Assembly: GCA_964517765.1 (NCBI GenBank) | Contig: CAZFEN010000001.1 | Span: 34,345 to 98,344 of the forward strand | Direction of reading: 5' to 3' | DNA: 64,000 bases | Source: an uncultured Actinomycetota bacterium | Lineage (GTDB): Bacteria > Actinomycetota > Humimicrobiia > Humimicrobiales > Humimicrobiaceae | Shown here: piece by piece, positions 1 to 9,605 of the stretch | How the letters are laid out: each line of letters opens with the position of its first letter | Numbering within the stretch: the stretch's first letter is position 1 | Notes under the pieces: model-generated | Database searches by the model: none | Seen by the model: only the letters and a program-made list of their open reading frames with translations | Told to the model about the DNA's origin: nothing | Translations under genes and position numbers: made by a program

Positions 1-573
1 CTTTATCTCGTAGTGGGGCCGCTCCTGGGAGTATATATACTTGTCCATTCCGAGAAAATAAAAACCACATTTATGATAGTAATTCCAAGAAGGTTCAAGA
101 ATCAGACAAATATTATTTTGGATAAGATCAATAAGGTGGCCGGAAGGTACGTAAGAGGACAAATTTTAGTATCTATTATTGTCGGAGCATTATGCACTAT
201 TGTGCTATTGATATTAAAGGTAGACTTTGCAATACTGCTTGGTTTTATTGCCGGACTTCTTAATATCATACCACTTCTCGGTCCCATAATAGGGGCTATT
301 CCTGCAGCGCTGGCTGCACTAACTATTTCCCCGCTCAGAGCTGTGCTGGTGATCCTTCTTTTCATAGCTATTCAGCAAATAGATAATTACGTTATATCTC
401 CGAATATAATGAAGTATCAGGTAGGAGTTCACCCCGGTATCATAATCTTTTCCCTGATGGCAGGCGGTGCATTATTTGGTATTTGGGGTCTTTTAATTGC
501 CGTACCGACCGTTGCCGTCCTGCAGGAAATATTAAGATACTATCTCCTTGAAAAAAATAAAATAGCATCCTGA
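1..573 (+). CDS. AI-2E family transporter (PerM/YhhT-like), C-terminal part; the reading frame is open from the window start, so the gene is 5'-truncated by the window
   Basis: Frame open from nt 1; multi-TM protein with the conserved LLNIIPLLGPIIGAIPAALAAL motif typical of the AI-2E/UPF0118 family. Confidence 0.6.
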   Translation, partial: LYLVVGPLLGVYILVHSEKIKTTFMIVIPRRFKNQTNIILDKINKVAGRYVRGQILVSIIVGALCTIVLLILKVDFAILLGFIAGLLNIIPLLGPIIGAIPAALAALTISPLRAVLVILLFIAIQQIDNYVISPNIMKYQVGVHPGIIIFSLMAGGALFGIWGLLIAVPTVAVLQEILRYYLLEKNKIAS

Positions 574-1730
574 TATATTTCCTTCAGAGGCTTTCCTGTT
601 TTTTTTGCCAGTTTTCTGCATGATTCGAATTCAGGTGAGATATTTACTTTTTCCCCTTTGTAAATACCGGTTTTTACCCGGACCTCACCATAAGGCAATT
701 TTATTGTTTTGATTTCTCTGTCAACCAAATATCTTTTAATTTCTTCTCTTCTGATTCCCAGAGTTGTGGACTCTGAGAATATTTTATCGATTATTTCACA
801 CTCCGATTCTCTATCGCATAGAACACATAATTTAAAAGCAGGTCTGTTTTTCTTCATGTAGATGGGCTCAATCCATACATCCAACGCCCTGTCTTTAAGC
901 AAAGTTTCCTGTAGATAACCAATAATCTCCGGGGTGCTGTCATCTATATTTGCAGAAAGTATGATCAAATTTTCTTCATGGGGTTCGATTTTGTCTGTCG
1001 CTGCTCCCATCAGAAGCCTTAAAATATTGGGAGTCTCTTTTTTTACTTTACTTCCTGCTCCGTACCCGATTTTCTCAATCTTCATACCTGGAATCTCGCC
1101 AAACTTTGCTCCCAGAGTTTTAATTATGGCGGCACCTGTAGGAGTTGTCACTTCGAAATCAAAATTACCTCCGTAAACCGGGATTTCTTTTAATATTTCC
1201 AATACAGCCGGTGCAGGTACAGGTAATCTGCCATGTGAACTTTCGACAAAACCGCTGCCCAGCGGAATTTTACTGCTGTAAAATGATTCTATTTTTAAAA
1301 ATCTTAGGCCTATCGCAGTACTTACGATATCGATTATGGAATCTACTGTCCCGACTTCATGAAAATGTATCTTGCTTATATCGCAATCATGTATTACTGC
1401 TTCTGCTTCTGCAATCAGATGAAAAATATCCAGAGATATTTTTTTTATTTCTTTATCGAGGCTGCTTTCGCCGATTATTTTCTTAATATCCTCAAAATTC
1501 CGGCATGGCTGTGACCCGGTTACATTGACAGTAAATTTTTTTGCTTTTATGGAACCGGCTTTTATTTCTTTGCAATCTATATCATATCCGTTAATATCCA
1601 GTTTCTTCAGTTCATTTCTTAGAAATAAAAGATCCAGTCCCAGATCACACAGAGCACCTACCATCATGTCGCCGCTAATTCCCGAAAAACAATCGATATA
1701 TAAAATCTTTTCCATTCTGTCTGTATCCAT
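540..1730 (-). CDS. larC: LarC family nickel-insertion protein (pyridinium-3,5-bisthiocarboxylic acid mononucleotide nickel chelatase, DUF111)
   Basis: 396 aa; N-terminus MEKILYIDCFSGISGDMMVGALCDLG is the DUF111/LarC signature; length typical. Confidence 0.75.
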   Translation of the reverse strand: MDTDRMEKILYIDCFSGISGDMMVGALCDLGLDLLFLRNELKKLDINGYDIDCKEIKAGSIKAKKFTVNVTGSQPCRNFEDIKKIIGESSLDKEIKKISLDIFHLIAEAEAVIHDCDISKIHFHEVGTVDSIIDIVSTAIGLRFLKIESFYSSKIPLGSGFVESSHGRLPVPAPAVLEILKEIPVYGGNFDFEVTTPTGAAIIKTLGAKFGEIPGMKIEKIGYGAGSKVKKETPNILRLLMGAATDKIEPHEENLIILSANIDDSTPEIIGYLQETLLKDRALDVWIEPIYMKKNRPAFKLCVLCDRESECEIIDKIFSESTTLGIRREEIKRYLVDREIKTIKLPYGEVRVKTGIYKGEKVNISPEFESCRKLAKKTGKPLKEIYQDAILFFSRR

Positions 1731-1867
1731 GATTCCAAATCCTTTAAAGCTAATATGCTTTCGAATAAATTAAATATGCAATCTTTTTAACTTCAGGATA
1801 TTATTTTACTAAGACTGTTGCAAAAATACAGTTTTTTATATATTTTTTTTATATCTCAATATAAAAA

Positions 1868-2689
1868 TTGAAAATCATGTACAGTAAAAAAAGTATAATT
1901 TCAGAGAAAAAACTTTTAAAGTTAAAGAAAATAATCAGAGAAATGAATTCTGTGGTCATAGCCTTTTCCGGTGGGACCGACAGCAGTTTCCTTCTGTCTG
2001 CAGCCGCAGAAGCGCTTGGAGAAAAAGTAATTGCAGCAACCGCTAAATCGCCTACCTATCCCGGGAGAGAATTGAAAGAGGCAAAAGCAGTTGCAAATAA
2101 ATTAGGCTGCAGGCATATAATCATAAACACATACGAACTGGAAATAAAGGAATTCATAAATAATTCCAGAAACAGATGTTATTTTTGTAAAAAAGAACTT
2201 TTTTTGAAATTAATCTCCTTAAAGAATAAATACAATTTTAACTTTATCGCCGATGGAACCAATTATAATGATTTAGATACATATCGCCCCGGACTAAAAG
2301 CCTTAAAGGAACTGGGAATAAGAATTCCCCTGGCAGAAGCCGGACTGACCAAAGAAGAAATAAGGGAATACTCCAGATTATTAAACCTGCCAACCTGGAA
2401 CAAGCCGGCTCTTGCGTGTCTGGCATCCAGACTTCCGTACGGAGAAAAAATATCGAAAGCTGTGTTAAAAAAAATCGAAAAAGCCGAAGACTTTCTTTGC
2501 TCCCTGGGCTTCAAACAGATAAGAATAAGATATCACCATCCCATTGCCAGAATAGAAATAGAAAAAGATGAAATTCCCAGAATACTTCAACGTAATATCA
2601 GGGAAAAAATAATCAGGAAATTAAAAAAGATGAAATTCGAATATATCACTTTAGATCTTGAAGGCTACAGATCGGGAAGTATGGATTGA
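1868..2689 (+). CDS. larE: LarE-like ATP-dependent sulfur transferase (PP-loop ATP pyrophosphatase family)
   Basis: 273 aa; PP-loop SGGTDSS motif (VIAFSGGTDSSFLLSAA); divergently arranged with larC. Confidence 0.7.
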   Translation: MKIMYSKKSIISEKKLLKLKKIIREMNSVVIAFSGGTDSSFLLSAAAEALGEKVIAATAKSPTYPGRELKEAKAVANKLGCRHIIINTYELEIKEFINNSRNRCYFCKKELFLKLISLKNKYNFNFIADGTNYNDLDTYRPGLKALKELGIRIPLAEAGLTKEEIREYSRLLNLPTWNKPALACLASRLPYGEKISKAVLKKIEKAEDFLCSLGFKQIRIRYHHPIARIEIEKDEIPRILQRNIREKIIRKLKKMKFEYITLDLEGYRSGSMD

Positions 2690-2752
2690 TTATAGCAATA
2701 TGAAACATCTTACCGTAATCAAGCAGTAATCATAAAACCGGATTAAAAAGTA

Positions 2753-3469
2753 TCACTCTATTCTTTTAAGAAATTCTTTATAATTCTTATTGTAGATTTC
2801 CTCGATTTCGTCTTTTCTAAGACCCGAACCCAGACCTACTCTTTCCTGCATCCCCGATCTAAATAAATCATTATGGCTGTGAGCATCGCTATTTATTAAA
2901 AATTTGACTCCTGCTTCTCTGCCTATGCTTACCACCAATCCATTAGTAAGGCTGTGGCCGGCTCTTGAGGAAATTTCTATAAAAATACCATTCTGGGCGG
3001 CAAGTTTTGCTTCCTCTAATTTTAACATACCCGGATGGGCTAAAAAATCTATATATTTTGATTTAACTGCTTCCATGTTTGTACCCGGTTCTACATTTTC
3101 CGTAATACTCTCTCCGTGGACTGCAACTATTTTTGCTCCCAGCTCTCTTGCTGCTCCGGCCATATCATCTATGCTCTTTGATGGAACATTGGTCAGCTCT
3201 ACCCCCGGAATCGCATTTATATCCCAATACTTCTCTGCGAGTTCACAGTCCTTTTTTATTCTTGAAATTATAAAATCAAGATTCGAGTAGCTTCCGTGAT
3301 CGGTCAGGGCTATGCATCGATATCCACAGACAACTGCAAACCTGACAAGCTCGATGGGGCTGTTTTTACCATCCGATAAAAATGTATGGGTATGAAAATC
3401 ATATATCATAAAGAATTTTCCTTTCCAATCTGCTTCAGATAAAGAAAATAATAAGGTTAATTCTATCAA
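2753..3469 (-). CDS. PHP-domain phosphoesterase (histidinol-phosphatase-like)
   Basis: 238 aa; FHTHTFLSDG and LTDHGS motifs of the PHP domain. Confidence 0.65.
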   Translation of the reverse strand: MIELTLLFSLSEADWKGKFFMIYDFHTHTFLSDGKNSPIELVRFAVVCGYRCIALTDHGSYSNLDFIISRIKKDCELAEKYWDINAIPGVELTNVPSKSIDDMAGAARELGAKIVAVHGESITENVEPGTNMEAVKSKYIDFLAHPGMLKLEEAKLAAQNGIFIEISSRAGHSLTNGLVVSIGREAGVKFLINSDAHSHNDLFRSGMQERVGLGSGLRKDEIEEIYNKNYKEFLKRIE

Positions 3470-3536
3470 TATTATAGATTTAAAACTATAATTTTATTAA
3501 TATTGGAAAAAGATTTAAAGGAATAAAAACTAAAAA

Positions 3537-4214
3537 TTGTTTGATTCATTAATAGAAATAATTGGCTTTTCGGTCTGCCACCAGCTTTCTTCAAGAAGCC
3601 TTATGATTGGTAAAATTGTCCTGCCGGTTTGTGCGAGATGCAGTGGTATTTATATCGGGTTTATCATCACAGCCATTATTTTACTGGTAATGTATAGAAA
3701 AAAAGAAAATGGCCTTCCGCCTCTTTATGTCCTTGTGGTCCTTGCACTTTTTTTCCTGTCTACCCTGATCGATGGTATTGCTTCGAATTTTGGTCTATAT
3801 GAGACAAGCAATAATTTAAGATTCATAACCGGTTTTCTTTGTGGGTCATCCATTATGGTAATCATTTATCCTATCTTTACATTTCAATATTACAAACAGT
3901 CAAAACCGAAAAGAATATTCAATAGTGCGGGCGGATTTATGATTTATATCCTGACAATTACGGTATTTATTGTCATCACTCTTATCAGGTTCGATTTCAT
4001 GGGTCGTTTTTACTACTATTTTATTACATTTTCGATTCTTTTTACTTTTTATTTTATCAATATGGTACTTGTGCTACTGATCCCGCCATTTTCTCAAAAA
4101 GCGCACAGGCTTGCCAGTAAGCACTTGATCTTGCCTTCGGTTATAGCGATTGCCCTTTCGTCAATAGAATTGCTTGGCTCCTACTGGTTTCACAGGTTTA
4201 TTACGAACTTCTGA
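3537..4214 (+). CDS. DUF2085-like integral membrane protein
   Basis: 225 aa; N-terminal CHQ...RS and CARCSGIY cysteine motifs followed by multiple TM helices. Confidence 0.45.
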   Translation: MFDSLIEIIGFSVCHQLSSRSLMIGKIVLPVCARCSGIYIGFIITAIILLVMYRKKENGLPPLYVLVVLALFFLSTLIDGIASNFGLYETSNNLRFITGFLCGSSIMVIIYPIFTFQYYKQSKPKRIFNSAGGFMIYILTITVFIVITLIRFDFMGRFYYYFITFSILFTFYFINMVLVLLIPPFSQKAHRLASKHLILPSVIAIALSSIELLGSYWFHRFITNF

Positions 4215-4241
4215 TCTTCAGGCTTAAACCGGATATCCGGC

Positions 4242-4832
4242 CTAAAACAAATTTATTAATCCGTAATTATGATAGATAAAAAAGGTAGTTATGGTGGAGA
4301 TTCCCACACCGAAGATTACCTGATTGACTGTATGTTCTTTGATTCTTACTCTTGCCCAACCTATTACAGGAATAAGGGGGACCATGAGCAGCATCCATCT
4401 GCCGAATAAAATATTAAAAGTAATGACTATAAAAGTTATCCAGCTGGTATGAAGACTGATTTTCCAGAAATAGGTTATGATAGTCAAAATAACAGTAGAG
4501 ACTACGCTTACTGCAAATATGGATTTTAGGAATAAAGGAGCTCCCAGAGTATATAAAATAAGGTAACCTACTATATGACAGATACTTATTATAATTAGGG
4601 GTTTAATTCTTTCTTTCTTATTTAGAACGTGAAAATCAATTATTGTATTCCTTTTCAATAAAAAAAATATATAAAAATAAGGAATTAAAAAGCTAAACAA
4701 TAAACATATAAAAGCCCAGCTTATGGCACTTCTTATATTATCCACAACTTTAAGACAAACAATAAAGGAAACCGGGATTGAAATGAATGTACCATCAAAA
4801 ATATGTGATAATATTCTTGCAAATTTATTCAT
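4242..4832 (-). CDS. hypothetical multi-TM membrane protein
   Basis: 196-aa ORF, hydrophobic helices throughout, no recognisable motif. Confidence 0.45.
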   Translation of the reverse strand: MNKFARILSHIFDGTFISIPVSFIVCLKVVDNIRSAISWAFICLLFSFLIPYFYIFFLLKRNTIIDFHVLNKKERIKPLIIISICHIVGYLILYTLGAPLFLKSIFAVSVVSTVILTIITYFWKISLHTSWITFIVITFNILFGRWMLLMVPLIPVIGWARVRIKEHTVNQVIFGVGISTITTFFIYHNYGLINLF

Positions 4833-4971
4833 TTTTCTTCAACTTTAAAATTTTCTAATATTAATAATTTTTTATTAAATTTACAATTTAACATAATTAA
4901 TATTTAAACACTTTTAATAATTAGTAATTTTTTAAGTAATGCTAATATAATATTTCTTATTATTACATTTT

Positions 4972-5973
4972 TTACATTATACTTTTTATCCATTCAGGTA
5001 GATATTGTATACCTACCGGTATGATAGATATAATTATAATTCCAATAGTAGTCCTTATAGTTTTAAAGTTCGTAGGCCAAATATTTAAAGAATTGATTCT
5101 TTTTTTATATAGAATCAACTTATCAATCTTTTCAAACTCAATTATATTAATCTCTTCTATATTTTTATCTAAAAAACTGTTATGTTCTTTCTGTATTCGA
5201 TAGTTCATTTCATCCAAAGCTTTTTTCTTTTCTAAAAAAAGTTTCTTCCTAATTGGAATTTCAGGTATTAGAAACATACTTATCATAATGATCGCTGAGA
5301 AAGAACAATAGCCTATTATTAATTTCCCCATAGGTAGAACCTTTGCAAATATTATGCTAGTAATACAAACAGATATATATATGCTTCCTATGATTGCAAC
5401 TTCATATGCAATGTTTCTTAAAAATATTATTGATATATTTTCTCTATACCACAACCCTACTTTCACTAGTCTCCCTAATCTTATAGAATATACAAAATAA
5501 GTTATTAGGGAATATAAAGAAAAACCTGTAATGAAATTTATTGAAAATAAAAATATAGATAACAATATAAGAAGTATTTTATTACCCTCCCAAGAACCTA
5601 ATACTTTAGGAGCAAGTCCAATAAGAGATCCATAAATAACCCCTGAAATGCACATTAATTTTAAATTAAAAATTTCTTTTAAAAATCTATCTGACATATT
5701 TCTTTTTTCTTTTATTTCTTTTCCAATTAATATAAATTTAAAGAACTCAAAAGAATTTTTTAAAACGTATTTGCCAATATTCAAGAGTCCCCATAGCAAA
5801 AATGCATTTGCACAAAACAGGAGTATAATAAACGTTGAATCTTTAATGTTTTTTGTAAAAAACCATTGTAAAAAAATATAAGATAATCCAACAATTATTG
5901 GTGCAATAATTAAAATTAGATGAATAGATTTTCTATCGAAAAAAAAATTATTATAAAAAATTTTATTTTTCAT
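4972..5973 (-). CDS. hypothetical polytopic membrane protein, encoded in an AT-rich islet
   Basis: 333-aa ORF with many TM segments; local GC about 20%. Confidence 0.45.
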   Translation of the reverse strand: MKNKIFYNNFFFDRKSIHLILIIAPIIVGLSYIFLQWFFTKNIKDSTFIILLFCANAFLLWGLLNIGKYVLKNSFEFFKFILIGKEIKEKRNMSDRFLKEIFNLKLMCISGVIYGSLIGLAPKVLGSWEGNKILLILLSIFLFSINFITGFSLYSLITYFVYSIRLGRLVKVGLWYRENISIIFLRNIAYEVAIIGSIYISVCITSIIFAKVLPMGKLIIGYCSFSAIIMISMFLIPEIPIRKKLFLEKKKALDEMNYRIQKEHNSFLDKNIEEINIIEFEKIDKLILYKKRINSLNIWPTNFKTIRTTIGIIIISIIPVGIQYLPEWIKSIM

Positions 5974-6130
5974 AAAATCTCCCTATATTTTTAAGTACAT
6001 ATTATTTATATTAATTTCAATTTTAAATAAACGATAAAGATAATTCTTTATGAGTATTCTTATTTTACTTTCTAATTAGAAACACTATAAAATACATTTA
6101 AATATAGAGGATTCATTTAATTATTATTGT

Positions 6131-7078
6131 TTAACCAATATTTATAAAATCTATCAATATTTTATTAACAACTTGATGTTTTTCTTCAATACTGTCATGT
6201 CCTGCTTCATCTATAATTTCTAAACTGGAATTTTTAATATAATTATTAAATCCATAGGCAGAATCAACATTTATCCATTTATCATTTTTGCCCCAGATTA
6301 TAAGAGTAGGAATATTTATACTTTCTAAAAAAGTTTTGATATTATATCTATTAAGACCATTCATAAAACCTTTTATGATTTTTAAAAAAACTTTATTTGA
6401 ATTTTTTATTCTGAAAGGTGTCAAATAATTAACAATAATATTTTCATTAATGAATGAATTATTATAAATTAACGTTCTTAAAATTTTAATGAAATTAGAT
6501 TTTTTTACAAAGAAGTGATAATACATAACATTTATTATTTGATAATTAACAAAGGTTAGGATAAACCTAAAGCGGTTTCTAAAACCAAATCCATCAATCA
6601 GAACCAGTTTTTCAAACTTATCGGGACATAAGCCATAAGCTAATAACACTATTTCACCGCCCATTGAATGACCGATGGCCACCACTTTACCAATTTTTTT
6701 CTTAGTAATAAAATCTAATAATATTCTGGCTTGTTCTATCAATGTATAATCAGAATTTAGCATCCTTTCAGAATATCCATGGCCCTTCAAATCTAATACA
6801 TATACTTTATGATACTTTGAAAGTTCTTCAATGCCATATCTAAATGTAAATATATTTGCTCCAAGGCCATGAATGAAAATAATACTTTTACCTTTATTGC
6901 CTCTTTCTACATAATGAATATTCACTCCTCTTAATTTTATTAAGCTACCTTCTGTTTTAATTTGATTTAAATCTATATTAATAAACTTATTAACTCTAAA
7001 GACAACATAACGATAATATATAAAAATAATTATTACTATAAAACAAATTGGAAATAAATAATAAAATGTTTCTGTCAT
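6131..7078 (-). CDS. alpha/beta-hydrolase-fold protein (esterase/lipase-like) with N-terminal TM anchor
   Basis: HGLGANIFTF oxyanion region and GHSMGG nucleophile elbow; very AT-rich coding sequence. Confidence 0.65.
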   Translation of the reverse strand: MTETFYYLFPICFIVIIIFIYYRYVVFRVNKFINIDLNQIKTEGSLIKLRGVNIHYVERGNKGKSIIFIHGLGANIFTFRYGIEELSKYHKVYVLDLKGHGYSERMLNSDYTLIEQARILLDFITKKKIGKVVAIGHSMGGEIVLLAYGLCPDKFEKLVLIDGFGFRNRFRFILTFVNYQIINVMYYHFFVKKSNFIKILRTLIYNNSFINENIIVNYLTPFRIKNSNKVFLKIIKGFMNGLNRYNIKTFLESINIPTLIIWGKNDKWINVDSAYGFNNYIKNSSLEIIDEAGHDSIEEKHQVVNKILIDFINIG

Positions 7079-7181
7079 AATTTTTTCTTCTATAAGAATT
7101 TAATATTTTTAAGGTTTTTACTATAAATATTTATTTAAAAAACCGTATATACTTCTCTTGCTAGAATAATCCCTATCAAAT

Positions 7182-7215
7182 AAGAAAGACTCCTTTAACT
7201 AGGAGTCCATTATAT
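7182..7215 (-). terminator. hairpin GACTCCT-ttaact-AGGAGTC followed by a T-rich tract on the minus strand; putative terminator of the GGDEF gene
   Basis: 7-bp perfect stem seen in sequence directly downstream of the minus-strand stop at 7252. Confidence 0.35.
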
Positions 7216-7251
7216 TAAAATGAATCAATTTTTAAAACAAGTTTAAGTATA

Positions 7252-8097
7252 TTATTCCATTACTTTTTCATTGGATTTCTTGGCCAGATAGACTTTCTTA
7301 TCTGCTTCTACCATGAAATTTTTAATACTGCATCCTTCCTTATAATACTCTATACCCATACTCAGGTCTGTATTCTGGCAGTTTAATCCTAAAAACTTTT
7401 CTCTTATTCTGCATGCAATTTCCTGTGCGATTTTTCCCTCTGCCTGGTTTATTATTATTAGAAATTCGTCTCCTCCGAATCGGAAACCCAGATCGACACC
7501 TTCTCTTATGTTTTTACGGATAATGCTCCCCAGGCTTTTAAGCAGTTTATTTCCACTCTCATGACCATTATGGTCATTATATTTTTTAAAATTATCGATA
7601 TCGAACATTATAATTGCTACTTTTTCTTTTTTTCTTCTTCCCCTGCTGATTTCCTCGTTAAGCCTTCTGTCCAGATACCTGATATTATATAATCCGGTCA
7701 AATAATCGAGATATGTAGATCTTACCAGTTTCTTTTGAAGCTTCTTATATGAAGTTATGTCAGTGAGAGTAGTAACCACGTATAAAATATTTCCATCGTC
7801 ATCCCTTACGGGGGAATTACTCGCCAGTGTGTTAACTATGGTTCCATCACTTCTCAAGAATTCTATTTCATAATTTAGCGCCGTTTTGCTATTAACAATT
7901 TTTTTAAACCTTTTTCCTTTATGTTTTGGTGAAAGAATACTTAAATACCTTTTACCTACAAGCATGTTCGGATCATATCCATAATCCCTTATCTTTTCAT
8001 TTACAAAAAGGATATTGTTTTTAATGTCTTTTATTACAAATATTTCATTTGTATTCTGAAGTATTTTTTCTATATAAGGTAAAAACTTCTTTAACAT
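7252..8097 (-). CDS. PAS-GGDEF diguanylate cyclase
   Basis: 281 aa; intact GGDEF (FRFGGDEFLII) and upstream DYLTGLYN motif; N-terminal PAS-like segment. Confidence 0.75.
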   Translation of the reverse strand: MLKKFLPYIEKILQNTNEIFVIKDIKNNILFVNEKIRDYGYDPNMLVGKRYLSILSPKHKGKRFKKIVNSKTALNYEIEFLRSDGTIVNTLASNSPVRDDDGNILYVVTTLTDITSYKKLQKKLVRSTYLDYLTGLYNIRYLDRRLNEEISRGRRKKEKVAIIMFDIDNFKKYNDHNGHESGNKLLKSLGSIIRKNIREGVDLGFRFGGDEFLIIINQAEGKIAQEIACRIREKFLGLNCQNTDLSMGIEYYKEGCSIKNFMVEADKKVYLAKKSNEKVME

Positions 8098-8162
8098 TTT
8101 ATCCCGTTAAAAAACTATAGAAAATTTATAAATTTATATAATTCTAATAGATTTAAAGTACT

Positions 8163-8190
8163 TTGACAAATAAATCAACGAAAATATTAT
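8163..8190 (+). promoter_or_regulatory. sigma70-like promoter (TTGACA-16-TATTAT) upstream of the cysteine desulfurase gene
   Basis: Hexamers read directly from the sequence; a second TTGACA lies about 100 bp downstream. Confidence 0.35.
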
Positions 8191-8341
8191 ATAATATAAT
8201 AATATTTAATTATAGTAAATATGCTTGAAAGATATTAATTCATTACCGCCCTACTCCCTGGTACAGGATGCATAAATTATTGACAGTAGTCAAAATCAGT
8301 GATAGTTTTTTCTTCACTGTTAAAAACAATAAAATAAAACC

Positions 8342-9523
8342 ATGAATGAGAATTCAAAATATATATATTTTGATCATAGTGCCACTACCCCTGTACTGCC
8401 GGATGTAGTAAAAGTAATAGACGATTGCTATACCACTTATTACGGTAACGCATCCGAACCACATTCGCCCGGAATCAAAGCCGGGGAAATTCTTGAACAT
8501 TCAAGAGAGATAATAGGTAAATCTCTGGGTGCCAATTCAAAAGAAATAATTTTTACCGGCAGCGGAACAGAAAGTGATAACCTTGCAATAATCGGGGCAG
8601 CCGAAGCATATAGGAAGAAAGGCAACCATATAATTACTTCGGAAATCGAACACCCTGCCGTTCATATGCCCCTCAAAAAACTTTCCCGGTGCGGTTTTAA
8701 AGTCACCTATATTCCTGTCGATAGATTTGGAATGGTCGATCCCTCTGATATCAAAAAATCCATAACCTCCAAAACCATTCTGGCAACAATCATGCACGCA
8801 AATAATATTGTCGGGACCATACAGCCTATCAGCGAAATAGGAAAAATATTGAAAGAACACGGTATTATATTTCACACGGATGCAGTTCAGACCTTTACAA
8901 ATATAAAAACAGACGTTAATAAATTGAATATTGACCTGCTTTCACTTTCCGGCCATAAGATATATGGACCAAAGGGAGTAGGCGCTCTTTATATAAGAAA
9001 GGGTACCAGAATAATGCCGCAGATCCTTGGAGGGGGACATGAAAGAGGAATAAGATCCGGTACCGAAAACATACCGGGAATTGCAGGACTGGCAAAAGCT
9101 GTGGAAATAGGGCAGAGAAATCTTTCAGATAGAATAATAAAAATCACAAAAATGAGGGATTATCTTATAAGTGGCGTTCTGAGTAAAATAGATGATGTCA
9201 AATTTAATGGCCATCCTTCCGAAAGACTACCCGGAAATTGCAATTTTTCATTTAAATATATAGAAGGAGAATCAATAGTATTAAAACTCGATTATGCCGG
9301 TATTGCAGCATCGAGTGGTTCCGCCTGCTCCTCTTCATCATTGAAACCTTCGCATACACTGGTCGCAATGGGACTTTCGGGCGAGGAGGCTTATGGCTCC
9401 CTGAGAATAACTCTTGGTTTCGAGAATATAAAAGAAGAAATAGATTATTTTCTTGAAGTTATCCAAAAAATAATATCGGACCTGAGAAGAATCTCCCCTT
9501 TATATAAGAATAAAGTAAATTAA
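8342..9523 (+). CDS. cysteine desulfurase (NifS/IscS class-V aminotransferase)
   Basis: 393 aa; PLP-lysine motif SLSGHKIYGPKG; active-site loop SSGSACSS. Confidence 0.85.
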   Translation: MNENSKYIYFDHSATTPVLPDVVKVIDDCYTTYYGNASEPHSPGIKAGEILEHSREIIGKSLGANSKEIIFTGSGTESDNLAIIGAAEAYRKKGNHIITSEIEHPAVHMPLKKLSRCGFKVTYIPVDRFGMVDPSDIKKSITSKTILATIMHANNIVGTIQPISEIGKILKEHGIIFHTDAVQTFTNIKTDVNKLNIDLLSLSGHKIYGPKGVGALYIRKGTRIMPQILGGGHERGIRSGTENIPGIAGLAKAVEIGQRNLSDRIIKITKMRDYLISGVLSKIDDVKFNGHPSERLPGNCNFSFKYIEGESIVLKLDYAGIAASSGSACSSSSLKPSHTLVAMGLSGEEAYGSLRITLGFENIKEEIDYFLEVIQKIISDLRRISPLYKNKVN

Positions 9524-9605
9524 CAAAAAGAGTTATAATTTAGAATATAATTAAGAAATTTAAAGTTTACGGTAAATTTATCTTAAAAAGGAGGAAAAAA
9601 TATCC

